Source of the DNA: Cenarchaeum sp.
GTDB taxonomy: Archaea; Thermoproteota; Nitrososphaeria; Nitrososphaerales; Nitrosopumilaceae
Assembly: GCA_965212015.1 (NCBI GenBank)
Contig: OZ243037.1
Span: forward strand, 672,001-736,000
DNA: 64,000 nt
Reading direction: 5' to 3'
Shown here: positions 18,093 to 27,826 of the stretch, piece by piece
Layout of the letters: every line of letters begins with the position of its first letter
How positions within the stretch are numbered: the stretch's first letter is position 1
Program-made: the position numbers and the translations under genes
Notes under the pieces: generated by a model
The model's input: the letters and a program-made list of their open reading frames with translations, nothing else
The model's database searches: none
What the model was told of the DNA's origin: nothing

Positions 18093-18763
18093 TGGATAAC
18101 AAAAGACAGGTAATCCCCGGCGATGTAATCACCACCGGCTCATACAAGCCTGATCAAAACACCGTGCTAGACGGCGACAGGGTCATGGCGACTGTCACGG
18201 GAATCAGCGAGATTGTCGATGACTCTGTCAGGGTCATACCGCTTACCGGAATGTACTATCCCAAAGTCAACGATTTGGTAATCGGCAAGGTCATATCGCA
18301 CACCTCCCTTTCGTGGGAGCTTGACATCAATTCCTGCTATGTCGGGTTTCTGCCGGCACAGGACGTGTTTGGACGCGATTTTTCGGCCCATGCAGACGAG
18401 CTTACCTCAAAGCTTGGCAAGGGCGATCTGGTGGCGGCCAGGGTTGCCAATTTTGACAGGACGCGCGATCCCCTGATTACCATCTCAGACAGGGAGCTAG
18501 GAAAGATCGACGCAGGCGAGCTTTTGAGCATCTCTCCAGGCAAGATACCGCGCCTGATCGGAAAGCGAGGAACCATGATTCAGACAATAGAGACGGCCAC
18601 CGGTGCAGCTGTCACCATAGGCCAGAACGGATGGATAGTGATCTCGTCTGAAAATCCCGATGGCTTATTAAAGGCCAAAAAGGCAATAACCATGATTGAA
18701 GAACAGGCACATATTGCGAATCTTACCGATCGTATCAAAGATATGCTAGAGTCAAATGGGTGA
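18089..18763 (+). CDS. rrp4: Exosome RNA-binding protein Rrp4
   Basis: YYPKVNDLVIG S1 domain; KH motif RLIGKRG; GQNGWI. Confidence 0.95.
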   Translation: MMDNKRQVIPGDVITTGSYKPDQNTVLDGDRVMATVTGISEIVDDSVRVIPLTGMYYPKVNDLVIGKVISHTSLSWELDINSCYVGFLPAQDVFGRDFSAHADELTSKLGKGDLVAARVANFDRTRDPLITISDRELGKIDAGELLSISPGKIPRLIGKRGTMIQTIETATGAAVTIGQNGWIVISSENPDGLLKAKKAITMIEEQAHIANLTDRIKDMLESNG

Positions 18764-18769
18764 ATAGAG

Positions 18770-19507
18770 ATGGGCGGAAGAGACACAGATATTGTTTTAC
18801 TTGACAAGGACGGAATACGGTGTGACGGCCGAAAGGTAAACGAGACCAGAAAGGTCACCATAAAGGCAGGCGTCCTAAAGAACGCAAACGGCTCGGCGTA
18901 TATCGAGTTTGGTGAAAACAAGATTCTGGCGGGGATCTTTGGCCCGCGTGACGTACATCCAAAGCACATGTCAGACACCGACACGGGAATCCTGCGATGC
19001 AGGTACCACATGTCGCCTTTTTCAGTAACGGAGAGAAAAAACCCCGCACCGTCAAGGCGGGAGATTGAAATCTCAAAGGTAATCAAGGAGGCCCTAGAGC
19101 CGGCCGTAATGCTCGAGCAGTTTCCCAGAACGGCAGTGGACGTCTATATAGAGGTGCTTCAGGCAGACGGGGGCTCTAGGTGTGCCGCACTGGATGCTGC
19201 GTCCGTAGCGCTAGCCGATGCCGGAATCCCAATGCGCGACATGGTCTGTGCGTGTGCCGCAGGCAAGGTGGCAGACACCATCGTGCTTGACGTAAACAAC
19301 GAGGAGGATCAGGCAGGACAGGCAGACATGCCCGTGGGATACATGCCAAACCTGGACAAGGTCACGCTCATACAGCTAGACGGCGTCCTTACCCCCGACG
19401 AGTACAAAAAATGCGTCCAGACTGCGATTGACGGATGCAAGCAGGTATACGAGGTTCAAAAAAACGCGCTAAACGAGAGATTCTTTTCTGACGGGGACGG
19501 CAAGTAA
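18770..19507 (+). CDS. rrp41: Exosome exonuclease Rrp41
   Basis: RCDGR, NANGSAYIE, GPRDVHP, SRREIEISKVI, QADGGSR. Confidence 0.97.
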   Translation: MGGRDTDIVLLDKDGIRCDGRKVNETRKVTIKAGVLKNANGSAYIEFGENKILAGIFGPRDVHPKHMSDTDTGILRCRYHMSPFSVTERKNPAPSRREIEISKVIKEALEPAVMLEQFPRTAVDVYIEVLQADGGSRCAALDAASVALADAGIPMRDMVCACAAGKVADTIVLDVNNEEDQAGQADMPVGYMPNLDKVTLIQLDGVLTPDEYKKCVQTAIDGCKQVYEVQKNALNERFFSDGDGK

Positions 19508-20319
19508 TGGCCCACACATCAGTCATTGACGATCTGAAAAGATCAAAGATTATCGAACTGCTAGAGCAGGGAAAGCGAGTCGACGGCAGGGCCCCCGAGG
19601 AGGTCCGTCCGCTAAAGATTCAGACCGGCGCGATTCCAAAGGCAAACGGCTCTGCACGGGTTTTTCTGGGCAACACCGAGGTTGTAACGGGGATAAAGGT
19701 ACAGCCAGACAGGCCGTTTCCCGACACCGGAGACAGGGGGATATTCATCTGCACCGCCGAAATTCTGCCCCTCGCCCATCCGGATATCGAGACTGGGCCC
19801 CCCAATCCCGCAGTCATCGAGCTGGCGCGCGTAGTCGACAGGGGAATCAGGGAGAGCGGCATGATAGACCTCTCGCAGCTGGTCCTGGTGAAAAACAAGT
19901 CCGTCATCGGGGTCTTTTCTGACAACAGTGTGGTTGACGTCGACGGGAATCTTTTTGATGCGTGCTCGTACGCATCGACTGCCGCAATCCTTACGACAAA
20001 GATTCCAAAGTGGGAGATCAAAGACGACGCCCCGACGCTCGTCGAGGGCGAGGAATCCGCCGCGCCGATAACGACCATTCCGGTATCTGTCACCATGGCA
20101 AAGATCAACGACCACATACTGGTGGATCCCAACCAGGACGAATGGGACGTAATGGACGCCAGGGTCACCATAACTACCAATTCCGACGGAAACATATGCG
20201 CGCTGCAAAAGGGCGGCAAGCACGGCTTTACCTATGACGAGCTGGTCCGGTGCGGCGAGATATCCGTGGCAACCGGCGCCAAAATCCGCGACACGATCAA
20301 AAACAGCGCGGGTGCTTGA
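19507..20319 (+). CDS. rrp42: Exosome protein Rrp42
   Basis: GKRVDGR, ELARVVDRGIRES, DGNLFDA, CALQKGG. Confidence 0.96.
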   Translation: MAHTSVIDDLKRSKIIELLEQGKRVDGRAPEEVRPLKIQTGAIPKANGSARVFLGNTEVVTGIKVQPDRPFPDTGDRGIFICTAEILPLAHPDIETGPPNPAVIELARVVDRGIRESGMIDLSQLVLVKNKSVIGVFSDNSVVDVDGNLFDACSYASTAAILTTKIPKWEIKDDAPTLVEGEESAAPITTIPVSVTMAKINDHILVDPNQDEWDVMDARVTITTNSDGNICALQKGGKHGFTYDELVRCGEISVATGAKIRDTIKNSAGA

Positions 20320-20322
20320 TTA

Positions 20323-20532
20323 TTGGCAAAAAAAAAATCACTAAAGGGCCTTGGCGCAAGATACGGGATCAAAATCCGCAAGGAATACACAAAGACGCAC
20401 ATGAAGCTAAAGGAAAAGCGGACGTGCCCCGAATGCGGCTCGAAACAGTTCTCAAGAAGGGCAGTCGGGATATGGGCGTGCAAAAAATGCAACCTAAAGA
20501 TAGCGGGTACCGCATATGACATCAAGCTTTAG
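20323..20532 (+). CDS. rpl37ae: 50S ribosomal protein L37Ae
   Basis: GARYG, CPEC, GIWACKKC, AGTAY. Confidence 0.93.
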   Translation: MAKKKSLKGLGARYGIKIRKEYTKTHMKLKEKRTCPECGSKQFSRRAVGIWACKKCNLKIAGTAYDIKL

Positions 20533-20758
20533 GGCCAGAATCACGATTGACGCAAAAGAGAACACTGGGGCGATTTTCGACTCGCTAAACACCGACAACA
20601 GGTTTCATCCGGAAGACTCTGCCAATACCATGTCCGGCGGCGATGCCATCTCAATAGACATAGAATCGGGGCAGATCTCGCATTTGCGCGCAAACCTCAA
20701 CTCCATTCTGAGACTAGTCCAGGCCGGCCATGACGCCATCGAGTCAGTAAAGGTATAA
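20516..20758 (+). CDS. pcc1: KEOPS complex subunit Pcc1
   Basis: HLRANLNSILRLV motif; conserved position between rpl37ae and prefoldin. Confidence 0.8.
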   Translation: MTSSFRARITIDAKENTGAIFDSLNTDNRFHPEDSANTMSGGDAISIDIESGQISHLRANLNSILRLVQAGHDAIESVKV

Positions 20759-20783
20759 AAAAAGCGGCGATTCTAGGCATGTC

Positions 20784-21164
20784 ATGTCAGGACAGCAAAT
20801 CCCACCGTGGCTGCAAGAACAGATAGCAAAGATGCAACAGGCACAGCAGAGCCTCCAGTCCATCCTTGCCCAAAAGCAGCACCTCGAGATGGAAAAGCTA
20901 GAGTCAGAAAAGGCCCTGGCGGAGCTAAAAAAGGCCTCTGATGAGGACACCGTATACAAGCATTCTGGCTCCATCCTGATAAGGTCCAAAAAGACCGACC
21001 TGCTCGGTGAGCTGGACGAAAAGAGGGAAATGTGCGAGACGCGCTTTAAGGTGATAACAAAGCAGGAGGAGAGAATCAAGGAAAGCATAAAGGAGCAGGA
21101 GGCCAAGATCAACGAGATGATAAAGGGCGCATCGCAGCCCCCGCAGACAAAACCTCCACAATAA
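20784..21164 (+). CDS. pfdB: Prefoldin subunit beta
   Basis: Coiled coil, ALAELKKA, VYKHSGSILI, coiled coil. Confidence 0.93.
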   Translation: MSGQQIPPWLQEQIAKMQQAQQSLQSILAQKQHLEMEKLESEKALAELKKASDEDTVYKHSGSILIRSKKTDLLGELDEKREMCETRFKVITKQEERIKESIKEQEAKINEMIKGASQPPQTKPPQ

Positions 21165-21190
21165 TATATCGAGTGTTACCATTACAGGCC

Positions 21191-21880
21191 GTGAATCTGG
21201 CCGGACTTCGTATAGTCGTAGACGAGCGGGAGAAAAAAAGCGGAATTCCCGACCTGCTCAGAAAGGTGGGCATCGGCATGGAAGTCAAAATGCTGCCCGT
21301 CGGGGACTATGTCGTGGCCCCCGAGACGGTAGTCGAGAGAAAAAGCCTGCCGGACTTGGTCTCGTCTGTCTTTGACGGGCGGCTCTTTGATCAGTGCAGC
21401 AGGCTAAAGGAGAATTTCAAGTTTCCAATAATACTGATGGAGGGAAACGTCGACGAGATTGAAAACATTACCGAAAATCCCCTGGTCTTTTACGGCGCAG
21501 TGTCGCGCATTGCGCTTGATTTCAAGATACCGATAATTCCCACCCCCAGCGCCACCCACACTGCAAAACTGCTAGTCTCCATGTGCATGAGAAGGGAGAA
21601 CGCTGGCGGGCCGTTTCTCAAAAAGATAAAAAAGTCAGGCAACGTGCAGGTGCAGCAGCTCTCCGCCCTCTCCAGCATGCCCGGAGTCGGCGAAAAGCTT
21701 GCGATACGAATGCTGGAAAGGTTCGGGACCCCGCTGCGGGTCTTTAACGCCTCGCTGGCAGAGCTGGCAAAAATCGACGGCCTGGGGGAGGCCAGGGCCA
21801 AGAAAATCAAAAACATGCTCGGGAAAAAAAGCACGCACTATAAAAAAACCAGCCAAAAGACGCTCCATGATCTGACATAA
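21191..21880 (+). CDS. xpf: XPF/ERCC4-domain endonuclease with HhH
   Basis: VDERE, GDYVV...VERKS, GRLFDQ, PGVG and GLG HhH motifs. Confidence 0.9.
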   Translation: MNLAGLRIVVDEREKKSGIPDLLRKVGIGMEVKMLPVGDYVVAPETVVERKSLPDLVSSVFDGRLFDQCSRLKENFKFPIILMEGNVDEIENITENPLVFYGAVSRIALDFKIPIIPTPSATHTAKLLVSMCMRRENAGGPFLKKIKKSGNVQVQQLSALSSMPGVGEKLAIRMLERFGTPLRVFNASLAELAKIDGLGEARAKKIKNMLGKKSTHYKKTSQKTLHDLT

Positions 21881-21905
21881 ATTAGCTGTGCGGCGGCCCT
21901 TGGAC

Positions 21906-22664
21906 ATGCTGGTCTCCTACGAGTGGCTAAGGGATCACGCCGACGATCCTGATCTGATGGTCGTCGACTCTAGATCCGGCGTGTCATACAGTTACGGTCA
22001 TCTGAAAAACTCTGTCCGGCTCGGCATGGAGGACGTAATTACGACTGACAAATACGGCTCGAATCTGGCCGCGCCGGCAGACTCGATATCTGCCGTTCTG
22101 GGACGCCTGGGCATCGACGGGCAAAAGACGCTGGTGGTGACCGGGGATTTCATGGATCCCTCGGCTGCCCGAATCCTCTGGACCCTGCAGTATATGGGGC
22201 ATCAAAAAACCGCACTCTTGAGGGAGAGCTTTGGGCAGCTCCGGGGACTGGGTGCGGAGCTTACGCGGGAGCGATCCTGCTTTGCGCCGGCCGTATTTCA
22301 CGCCAAACCCGATCCCGGGATCAGGATTGATGCCGGCCCGCTAAAGGACAGTCCCTCAGAATTTTCGCTAATAGATGCGCGCTCGCCGCAGGAATTCATG
22401 CACGGCCACATTCCCGGCGCCACCCTGATCCCGTTTACCGACGGGATCGGCCAGGACGGGGACATGTTTTTGCCAAAGCAAAAGCTGGAAAAGCTCTTTG
22501 CGCAAAAGGGCGTCTCAGATGACAGGGAGCTAGTCTGCTACTGCATGCACGGCCACAGGGCATCTAGCATGTTTTACCAGCTAAAGCTCGCCGGATTCTC
22601 GCGCGTCAGGCTCTATGACGGCTCATTTGTCCAGTGGTATGGAATGGGGCTGGCCACGGAGTAG
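21906..22664 (+). CDS. Double-domain rhodanese sulfurtransferase
   Basis: IDARS, GHIPGA, YCMHGHRAS, LYDGSFVQW. Confidence 0.9.
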   Translation: MLVSYEWLRDHADDPDLMVVDSRSGVSYSYGHLKNSVRLGMEDVITTDKYGSNLAAPADSISAVLGRLGIDGQKTLVVTGDFMDPSAARILWTLQYMGHQKTALLRESFGQLRGLGAELTRERSCFAPAVFHAKPDPGIRIDAGPLKDSPSEFSLIDARSPQEFMHGHIPGATLIPFTDGIGQDGDMFLPKQKLEKLFAQKGVSDDRELVCYCMHGHRASSMFYQLKLAGFSRVRLYDGSFVQWYGMGLATE

Positions 22665-23129
22665 CTTTTTTTTCAGGGGATTTCCGCACCGCGGGCACCT
22701 GGTGGCCTCTGGGAACTGCGCCTTGCAGCCAGTACAGTAGCGAATCCACCTCCCCGCGTTCCTGATGCCAGACGTCATTACCGGCAGGGTTTTGATTCCC
22801 AGGCTTGCCGCCACGTTAGATACTGCAAAGTCATCCGTGATTATCTGGCCTTGCAGCTCCAGACACAGCGCAAGTATCGAGACGTCGCCCTCTGAGAGCT
22901 CTTGCATGTCGCCGCTTTCCCTTGCGCGCACCCTGATTTTTGAGACAAAGCCGGAATCCGGCTCCCTTACTATCAGCCGCCTGGTCTCAATCAGGGTCCT
23001 TAGCGCCTCGTGGCTTTTCTTTATGTGCTGTATTTCATCGAGGATCAGCTGCGTGGTGTGGTGCTGTTCTGGCGAGCCAAACGGTATTCCCGCATAAAAC
23101 GCACTTGCATCCAGGACCCTGACTGCCAA
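22623..23129 (-). CDS. nob1: NOB1-family PIN endonuclease
   Basis: LDASAFY, LSEGD, TDDFAVSNVA, CTGC...CPRCG. Confidence 0.9.
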   Translation of the reverse strand: MAVRVLDASAFYAGIPFGSPEQHHTTQLILDEIQHIKKSHEALRTLIETRRLIVREPDSGFVSKIRVRARESGDMQELSEGDVSILALCLELQGQIITDDFAVSNVAASLGIKTLPVMTSGIRNAGRWIRYCTGCKAQFPEATRCPRCGNPLKKKLLRGQPHSIPLDK

Positions 23130-23235
23130 CCTACCGCAACCTTGATCCAGTCATTTCATCTGCTGTCGCGGCAAGCCAATTTATGCCTTTGATGGGCGGC
23201 GCCCTGTTTGCGGCCAGGGCGGGCTTTGTGCGCCC

Positions 23236-23254
23236 CTGCCTGCCACGCAGGCAG
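23236..23254. repeat. GC-rich REP-like hairpin (dispersed family)
   Basis: CTGCCTGC-CAC-GCAGGCAG perfect palindrome; related copies at 23367, 28057, 51789 and 55554. Confidence 0.45.
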
Positions 23255-23477
23255 TACGGCGCAGAATCCATGCATCGGCAGACTGGTGGTCCGTCGCGGT
23301 AATTTCCGCCCGACTGCGGCGCCTGCCGGATTCTGGCGCATGCCTGGCAGGCCGGCACGGGCCGTGGCCTGCCGCAGGCACCTGTCGCGGACTGTAGACC
23401 CGGGCCCAAAAGCGGCGTTTTTGCGAAAATTCGCCGATTCGGAAACATTTATCACGTATTGATTTGTGGTATTTTTT

Positions 23478-23825
23478 ATGGAAGTAGAAATTGCAGTACG
23501 AAAAATACTGGCACTTAGTCCTTCTGTTCGCGTGGTAACGATCTGTGACATGACCGGAAAACTGGTTTTTTCAGGACGCAGAAAGACTGTAAAAAACGCA
23601 CTGACTCCATCTGAGAGCAAACAGTCGCTAAAGGCATCCGCTAGAAACATGAAGGGCCGCAAAGCACTTGCAAGAAAACTCGGCAAGTGCAAATACACCC
23701 TGGCCGAATACGACAAGGTAAAACGACTGGTAATGCCTGCGGGCAGATCACACCTGTTTTTCATCACGTGTTCTCCCGGCTATGACCACACAAAGATAGT
23801 CCGCAAAGTAAGGGCCATGAAGTAG
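23478..23825 (+). CDS. Thaumarchaeal roadblock/longin-like (DUF6659-type) protein
   Basis: SVRVVTICDMTGKLV...LGKCKYTLAEYDKVKR; similar pattern to 5591-5968. Confidence 0.7.
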   Translation: MEVEIAVRKILALSPSVRVVTICDMTGKLVFSGRRKTVKNALTPSESKQSLKASARNMKGRKALARKLGKCKYTLAEYDKVKRLVMPAGRSHLFFITCSPGYDHTKIVRKVRAMK

Positions 23826-23857
23826 GAATTGGGACGATAATTCCTTTTTATATTTTT
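23824..23857 (+). terminator. Candidate terminator
   Basis: AGGAATT-N8-AATTCCT followed by T-tracts right after the stop codon. Confidence 0.4.
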
Positions 23858-23973
23858 CAAAACAGGCAGGCATCTGCCATGCGCCATTCGGGCGGGGACG
23901 TGCCAGGTGTTGACACACTGTCAGCTCTTATTCAATGCCATGGATTTTATTATTTTGCCGCAGGTTACAGTGC

Positions 23974-24105
23974 ATGAAGGCGAGATTTTCCTCACCGTGC
24001 CCGTCATGCGGGGATCAGATCAAGCAGGGCAAGGAGATTGCAAAGGACGATTCTGACAGGTGGGTACACGAACACTGCGTAGAGACGACTGCCGATCTCC
24101 CGTAA
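23974..24105 (+). CDS. Small zinc-finger protein (43 aa)
   Basis: MKARFSSPCPSCGDQIKQGKEIAKDDSDRWVHEHCVETTADLP (CxxC...HxxC); TTTTATTA about 25 nt upstream. Confidence 0.75.
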   Translation: MKARFSSPCPSCGDQIKQGKEIAKDDSDRWVHEHCVETTADLP

Positions 24106-24196
24106 CCGTTTTTTATAAAGCGGCACGATGCCGGCCGGATTCCCCGGCTAGCAACAGGTTCAAAAACATGAATAGGGCTATCAAATACGGGTACAA

Positions 24197-25222
24197 ATGG
24201 GTCTGGATCTAAAGTCGCTGGTAGTCAGGGAAAGGACAAAGCTAGAGTCATTCACCTCAAGGATAGTCGCAATCGACGCATACAATGCAATCTATCAGTT
24301 TTTGGCCATCATAAGGGGTCCCGATGGCATGCACCTTGCCGATTCGCGCGGAAGGGTGACGAGCCACCTTAGCGGCCTGCTATACAGGAATGTCAACTAT
24401 CTGTCGCTGGGAATAAAACCCGTCTATGTGTTTGACGGCAAGCCGCCGTCGATGAAATCCGCCGAGATCGAGCGCCGAAGGCAGATCAAAAAGGACGCCA
24501 CCGTAAAATATCAAAAGGCCGTGGACGCAGGAAACATGGAGGACGCCAGAAAATTCGCGCAGCAGACTACTGCAATGAAGGACGGAATGGTGGACGATTC
24601 CAAGAAAATTCTGGGACTGTTTGGCATCCCGTTTATCGACGCCCCCTCAGAAGGCGAGGCCACTGCTGCATACCTGACGCAGACCGGCGGCGCGTACGCC
24701 TCTGCAAGCCAGGACTTTGACTCTGTCCTGTTTGGGGCAAAAAAACTCGTGAGAAATTTCACCAACAGCGGCAGGAGAAAGATCCCCAACAGGAACACCT
24801 ACATCGACGTCGAGCCAGAAATAATCGACACGCAAAAAACCCTTGACAGCCTGGGACTGACGCGCGAGCAGCTGGTGGACGTGGGCATACTGATCGGGAC
24901 TGATTTCAACCCGGACGGCTTTGAGAGAATCGGGCCAAAGACGGCCCTCAAGATGATAAAAGAGCACCGCAAGCTAGAAGGGATTCCCAAGATACAAGAC
25001 CAGCTGCGGCAAGTCGATTACGAGCAGATCCGCGAAATCTTTTTGTCGCCGCAGGTGCCTGATGCGCCTGAAATCCGGTTCGGCGAGGTGGATTATGACG
25101 GAATCACCGAGTACCTGTCAGGGCAGCGAAGCTTTTCTGCAGACAGGGTGGCCTCGTCGCTCAACAGGCTCAAAAAGGCGATGGAAAAAAAGGGCCAGAA
25201 TCTGGACAAATGGTTCCAGTAG
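24197..25222 (+). CDS. fen: Flap endonuclease 1
   Basis: [39 protein letters not shown]-terminal PIP box QNLDKWF. Confidence 0.97.
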   Translation: MGLDLKSLVVRERTKLESFTSRIVAIDAYNAIYQFLAIIRGPDGMHLADSRGRVTSHLSGLLYRNVNYLSLGIKPVYVFDGKPPSMKSAEIERRRQIKKDATVKYQKAVDAGNMEDARKFAQQTTAMKDGMVDDSKKILGLFGIPFIDAPSEGEATAAYLTQTGGAYASASQDFDSVLFGAKKLVRNFTNSGRRKIPNRNTYIDVEPEIIDTQKTLDSLGLTREQLVDVGILIGTDFNPDGFERIGPKTALKMIKEHRKLEGIPKIQDQLRQVDYEQIREIFLSPQVPDAPEIRFGEVDYDGITEYLSGQRSFSADRVASSLNRLKKAMEKKGQNLDKWFQ

Positions 25223-25229
25223 AACAAGG

Positions 25230-26093
25230 CTAGCTTGGGGAATAATCCTTGGCCTTTGATGCCAGTCCACGGGCCTGTGCGTCTGCCTTTTGCAGGATTT
25301 GCTCCCTGGTCTCGTCGGTGACAAATGCCGATTCCATACAAAGCGATACTGCGTGCTGCATTGCCCTTGCAAGTATCTGCCCTGCGTTTTCTGGCGTGGC
25401 GTATGCCGCCTCTATTGACAGCGACACGGCCGCCTGATGCAGCCGGGCAATCTCGCTTTTCGTGCCCTCAACGTCCACCGTGAGATCCTCGCCGGTATAC
25501 TCGAGTCCGCCCTCCAGCGCCGAATCCAGCGTGATCTTTGCCTCCACCGGCTTTATGTCAAGCTTGCCTAGCAGCGGCGCAAGCTTTGCGTTTATTGGCT
25601 CGCCCTTTTTGACTGGGACAGAGTCCTTTACTATCCAGATGGTTCCCTGGTCGATCTTTGTCGGGATGCCGGCCTCCTTGAACTCTGTAAGCATCGGCCC
25701 GGGGGCGATTCCGGTGTTCTTTGCGGGCACCACAACGTCCATGCTTGCAATGTCCCCCGCCCTTGCCGGCATCATGATCCTGTTTTTTGCCAGCAGCACG
25801 CTTAGCTTGAAGGGCGACATGTCGGTAAACATAAACATGTACTGGCCGGCAAGCTTGTCGAACATTCCTATTCCCGGCACGTCCAGATCCTTTAGGGCCT
25901 TTTTTGCGACCTTGTTTTTGATGCTGACAAACTCTACCTCGCCCTTTAGCTTTTTTCGCAGCGGCAGGATTTGCGAGGCGCGGATCTTTGCCATCTTTAC
26001 CAGGGCAGTCACCTTGTATTTTTTCGGAAGCTCCTGCATCTGGGTGTGTATCTGCACCTTTCTCTTGGGATAATCGGTCCTGTCTGCGCGCAT
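25230..26093 (-). CDS. rpl10: 50S ribosomal protein L10 (P0)
   Basis: KNKVAK, ARAGDIA, NTGIAPGP, GIPTKIDQG, LDIKP. Confidence 0.95.
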   Translation of the reverse strand: MRADRTDYPKRKVQIHTQMQELPKKYKVTALVKMAKIRASQILPLRKKLKGEVEFVSIKNKVAKKALKDLDVPGIGMFDKLAGQYMFMFTDMSPFKLSVLLAKNRIMMPARAGDIASMDVVVPAKNTGIAPGPMLTEFKEAGIPTKIDQGTIWIVKDSVPVKKGEPINAKLAPLLGKLDIKPVEAKITLDSALEGGLEYTGEDLTVDVEGTKSEIARLHQAAVSLSIEAAYATPENAGQILARAMQHAVSLCMESAFVTDETREQILQKADAQARGLASKAKDYSPS

Positions 26094-26746
26094 TATTTTT
26101 TCACCTGCGGGATTTGTTTTGCAATCTTGCCCATCGTGGTCTTTATCATTATTTTCTTGATGTTCTTGTCGCCGTTTGGCAGCTTTTTCTCGATCGTATT
26201 GTACACTGCCAGCGCGTTTGAGGCCAGATCCGCATCGTCCATCGTCTCGTCGCCGATCTTGCAGGACATTGAAAGCGACGCCCTGACTCGCACCCTTATC
26301 GACGATTTGAACCGCTCCAGAAACGACTCGATCGGGGCGTTAAACGGGACGGGGGTGGGCATCTTTCCCCTGGGGCCGAGGATCTGTCCGAGTACCTTGC
26401 CCACTATCGGCATCAGCTTTGTGTCTGCCAGAAAAAAGTCGTACCGGTTGATGAACTTTCTTGATTCGCGCTTGTTTGCCCCAAGCTTGTTGAGGGCATC
26501 GGTGTCCACCACCATGTCTGCCTTTGCGTTCTTTGCCTTTACCCCCATGTCCCCCGAGGCCATCACGCAGACAGTCGAGGGCGACTTGGTTTTTGGAAGC
26601 TGGACGGTTTCGTTTATCGCAAACCCCTTTTTTACATCAATGTCCTTGAATACCATGATAAGCTCTATGGCCTGCGTGAATTTTCGCTTCTTTTCGCCGT
26701 CCCTGGCCCTTTTTATCATCTCGACTATCTCTGAATCGTTTACCAA
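26093..26746 (-). CDS. rpl1: 50S ribosomal protein L1
   Basis: KRKFTQAIEL, LGQILGPRGKMPTP, KTTMG; start trimmed to TTG 26746. Confidence 0.96.
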   Translation of the reverse strand: MVNDSEIVEMIKRARDGEKKRKFTQAIELIMVFKDIDVKKGFAINETVQLPKTKSPSTVCVMASGDMGVKAKNAKADMVVDTDALNKLGANKRESRKFINRYDFFLADTKLMPIVGKVLGQILGPRGKMPTPVPFNAPIESFLERFKSSIRVRVRASLSMSCKIGDETMDDADLASNALAVYNTIEKKLPNGDKNIKKIMIKTTMGKIAKQIPQVKK

Positions 26747-26808
26747 TATGGAAATTTTACCAAAAAACCTACTTAAAATCGTTAACAATCCCCAAGGCCG
26801 TTGTAATG

Positions 26809-27111
26809 TCAGCCAAACAGCGACGAGAGGCCTTCCATGGCCTGCTCTTCGGACTTGCCGTCGTCCTTCTTTTTCTCTTTGGCCTCTGGCTTTGCCTCGC
26901 CTGCCGCCGGTGCGGCCGCAGCTGCGACTGCCGCTACAGGAGCAGCCTTTATCGCCTCGCCTATATCGACGTCGGCAAGAGCCGCCACTAGCGACTTTAC
27001 CTGTGCCTCGTTTACCTCTGCGCCGGACGCCTTTACGACTGAAGCCAAACTGGTCTCAGTTATGTCCTTTTTTAGCTTGTGCAAAAGCAGCGCGGCATAA
27101 ACATATTCCAT
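26809..27111 (-). CDS. rpl12: 50S ribosomal protein L12 (P1 stalk)
   Basis: MEYVYAALLLH, Ala-rich hinge, EGLSSLFG end. Confidence 0.96.
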   Translation of the reverse strand: MEYVYAALLLHKLKKDITETSLASVVKASGAEVNEAQVKSLVAALADVDIGEAIKAAPVAAVAAAAAPAAGEAKPEAKEKKKDDGKSEEQAMEGLSSLFG

Positions 27112-27257
27112 TTCTACCGGACTTGGCCTCCGAGAGTAATATAAAACTATCATGCCCGGGGTTTTGCACAAAACCGGGATCGGATGCGGGAGGCCGGTTT
27201 TTCCAGGCCGGCGTCTGAGGCAAAAAATCAGGCCGGATTGCGCGCGCCCGTACGGGC

Positions 27258-27779
27258 CTAGTCCTGTCCCGAGAGGATTCTGAGGCTCCGGCAGATGGAG
27301 TACAGGTTGCGTCTTAGATCCCTGTCTAGCAGCGTGTCCATCTTTTGTTTTAGCGTTCTTTTTGCAGAATCGCGCTCGGCGCCGTGGGAGAGCGACAGGA
27401 CGTTGTTGATGAGCTCCGGAATCTCCTCGCGCACCCAGCCGTCAAATATCGCGTGGGATTTGGGCGAGATCATTACTGCCCTGTCCTGTTTTGCGTCTAT
27501 TGTTCCGGTAAAGTTGTCCTGCTCTATCCTGTAGATTAGCGCAAAGATGCAGTTCTCCGGCGTCGGGTTTTCCAGGATTTCGACGGAGCGCGGGCCCGCC
27601 TTGCTTTGCAGTATCTTGTTTTTCAGGCCCACGGGGTTTATGACGAGTCCGTTGACCCCTATCTCATCCCCCCGGACCCCGGTAATTACGCCAAAGACAA
27701 AGTCGTTATACTCGCCGTTTTTTTTGGCCGCAAACACGTATGCGCCCTCCTTCCAGTCGCCGGGCTTTTTTCCAAACAC
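27258..27779 (-). CDS. Hypothetical protein
   Basis: 173-aa ORF, GTG start with TTAAATA about 22 nt upstream. Confidence 0.75.
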   Translation of the reverse strand: MFGKKPGDWKEGAYVFAAKKNGEYNDFVFGVITGVRGDEIGVNGLVINPVGLKNKILQSKAGPRSVEILENPTPENCIFALIYRIEQDNFTGTIDAKQDRAVMISPKSHAIFDGWVREEIPELINNVLSLSHGAERDSAKRTLKQKMDTLLDRDLRRNLYSICRSLRILSGQD

Positions 27780-27826
27780 GAGTGGTCTGTCCCGATATCG
27801 TATTTAATTCATGGCAGTCGCGCGAC

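Noticed and set aside
22623-22664. 42-bp convergent overlap of rhodanese and nob1
   Set aside because: Short 3' overlaps are common in this compact window (also 41879-41892 and 61007-61032)
23130-23460. SRP or RNase P RNA in the 330-bp GC-rich spacer
   Set aside because: I could not find GAGGAAAGTCC or the SRP helix-8 GGAAGG-AGCA signature on either strand
25971-27218. 415-aa plus-strand ORF, and many similar long antisense ORFs across the window
   Set aside because: Shadow frames of real genes caused by codon bias in GC-rich DNA; no motifs
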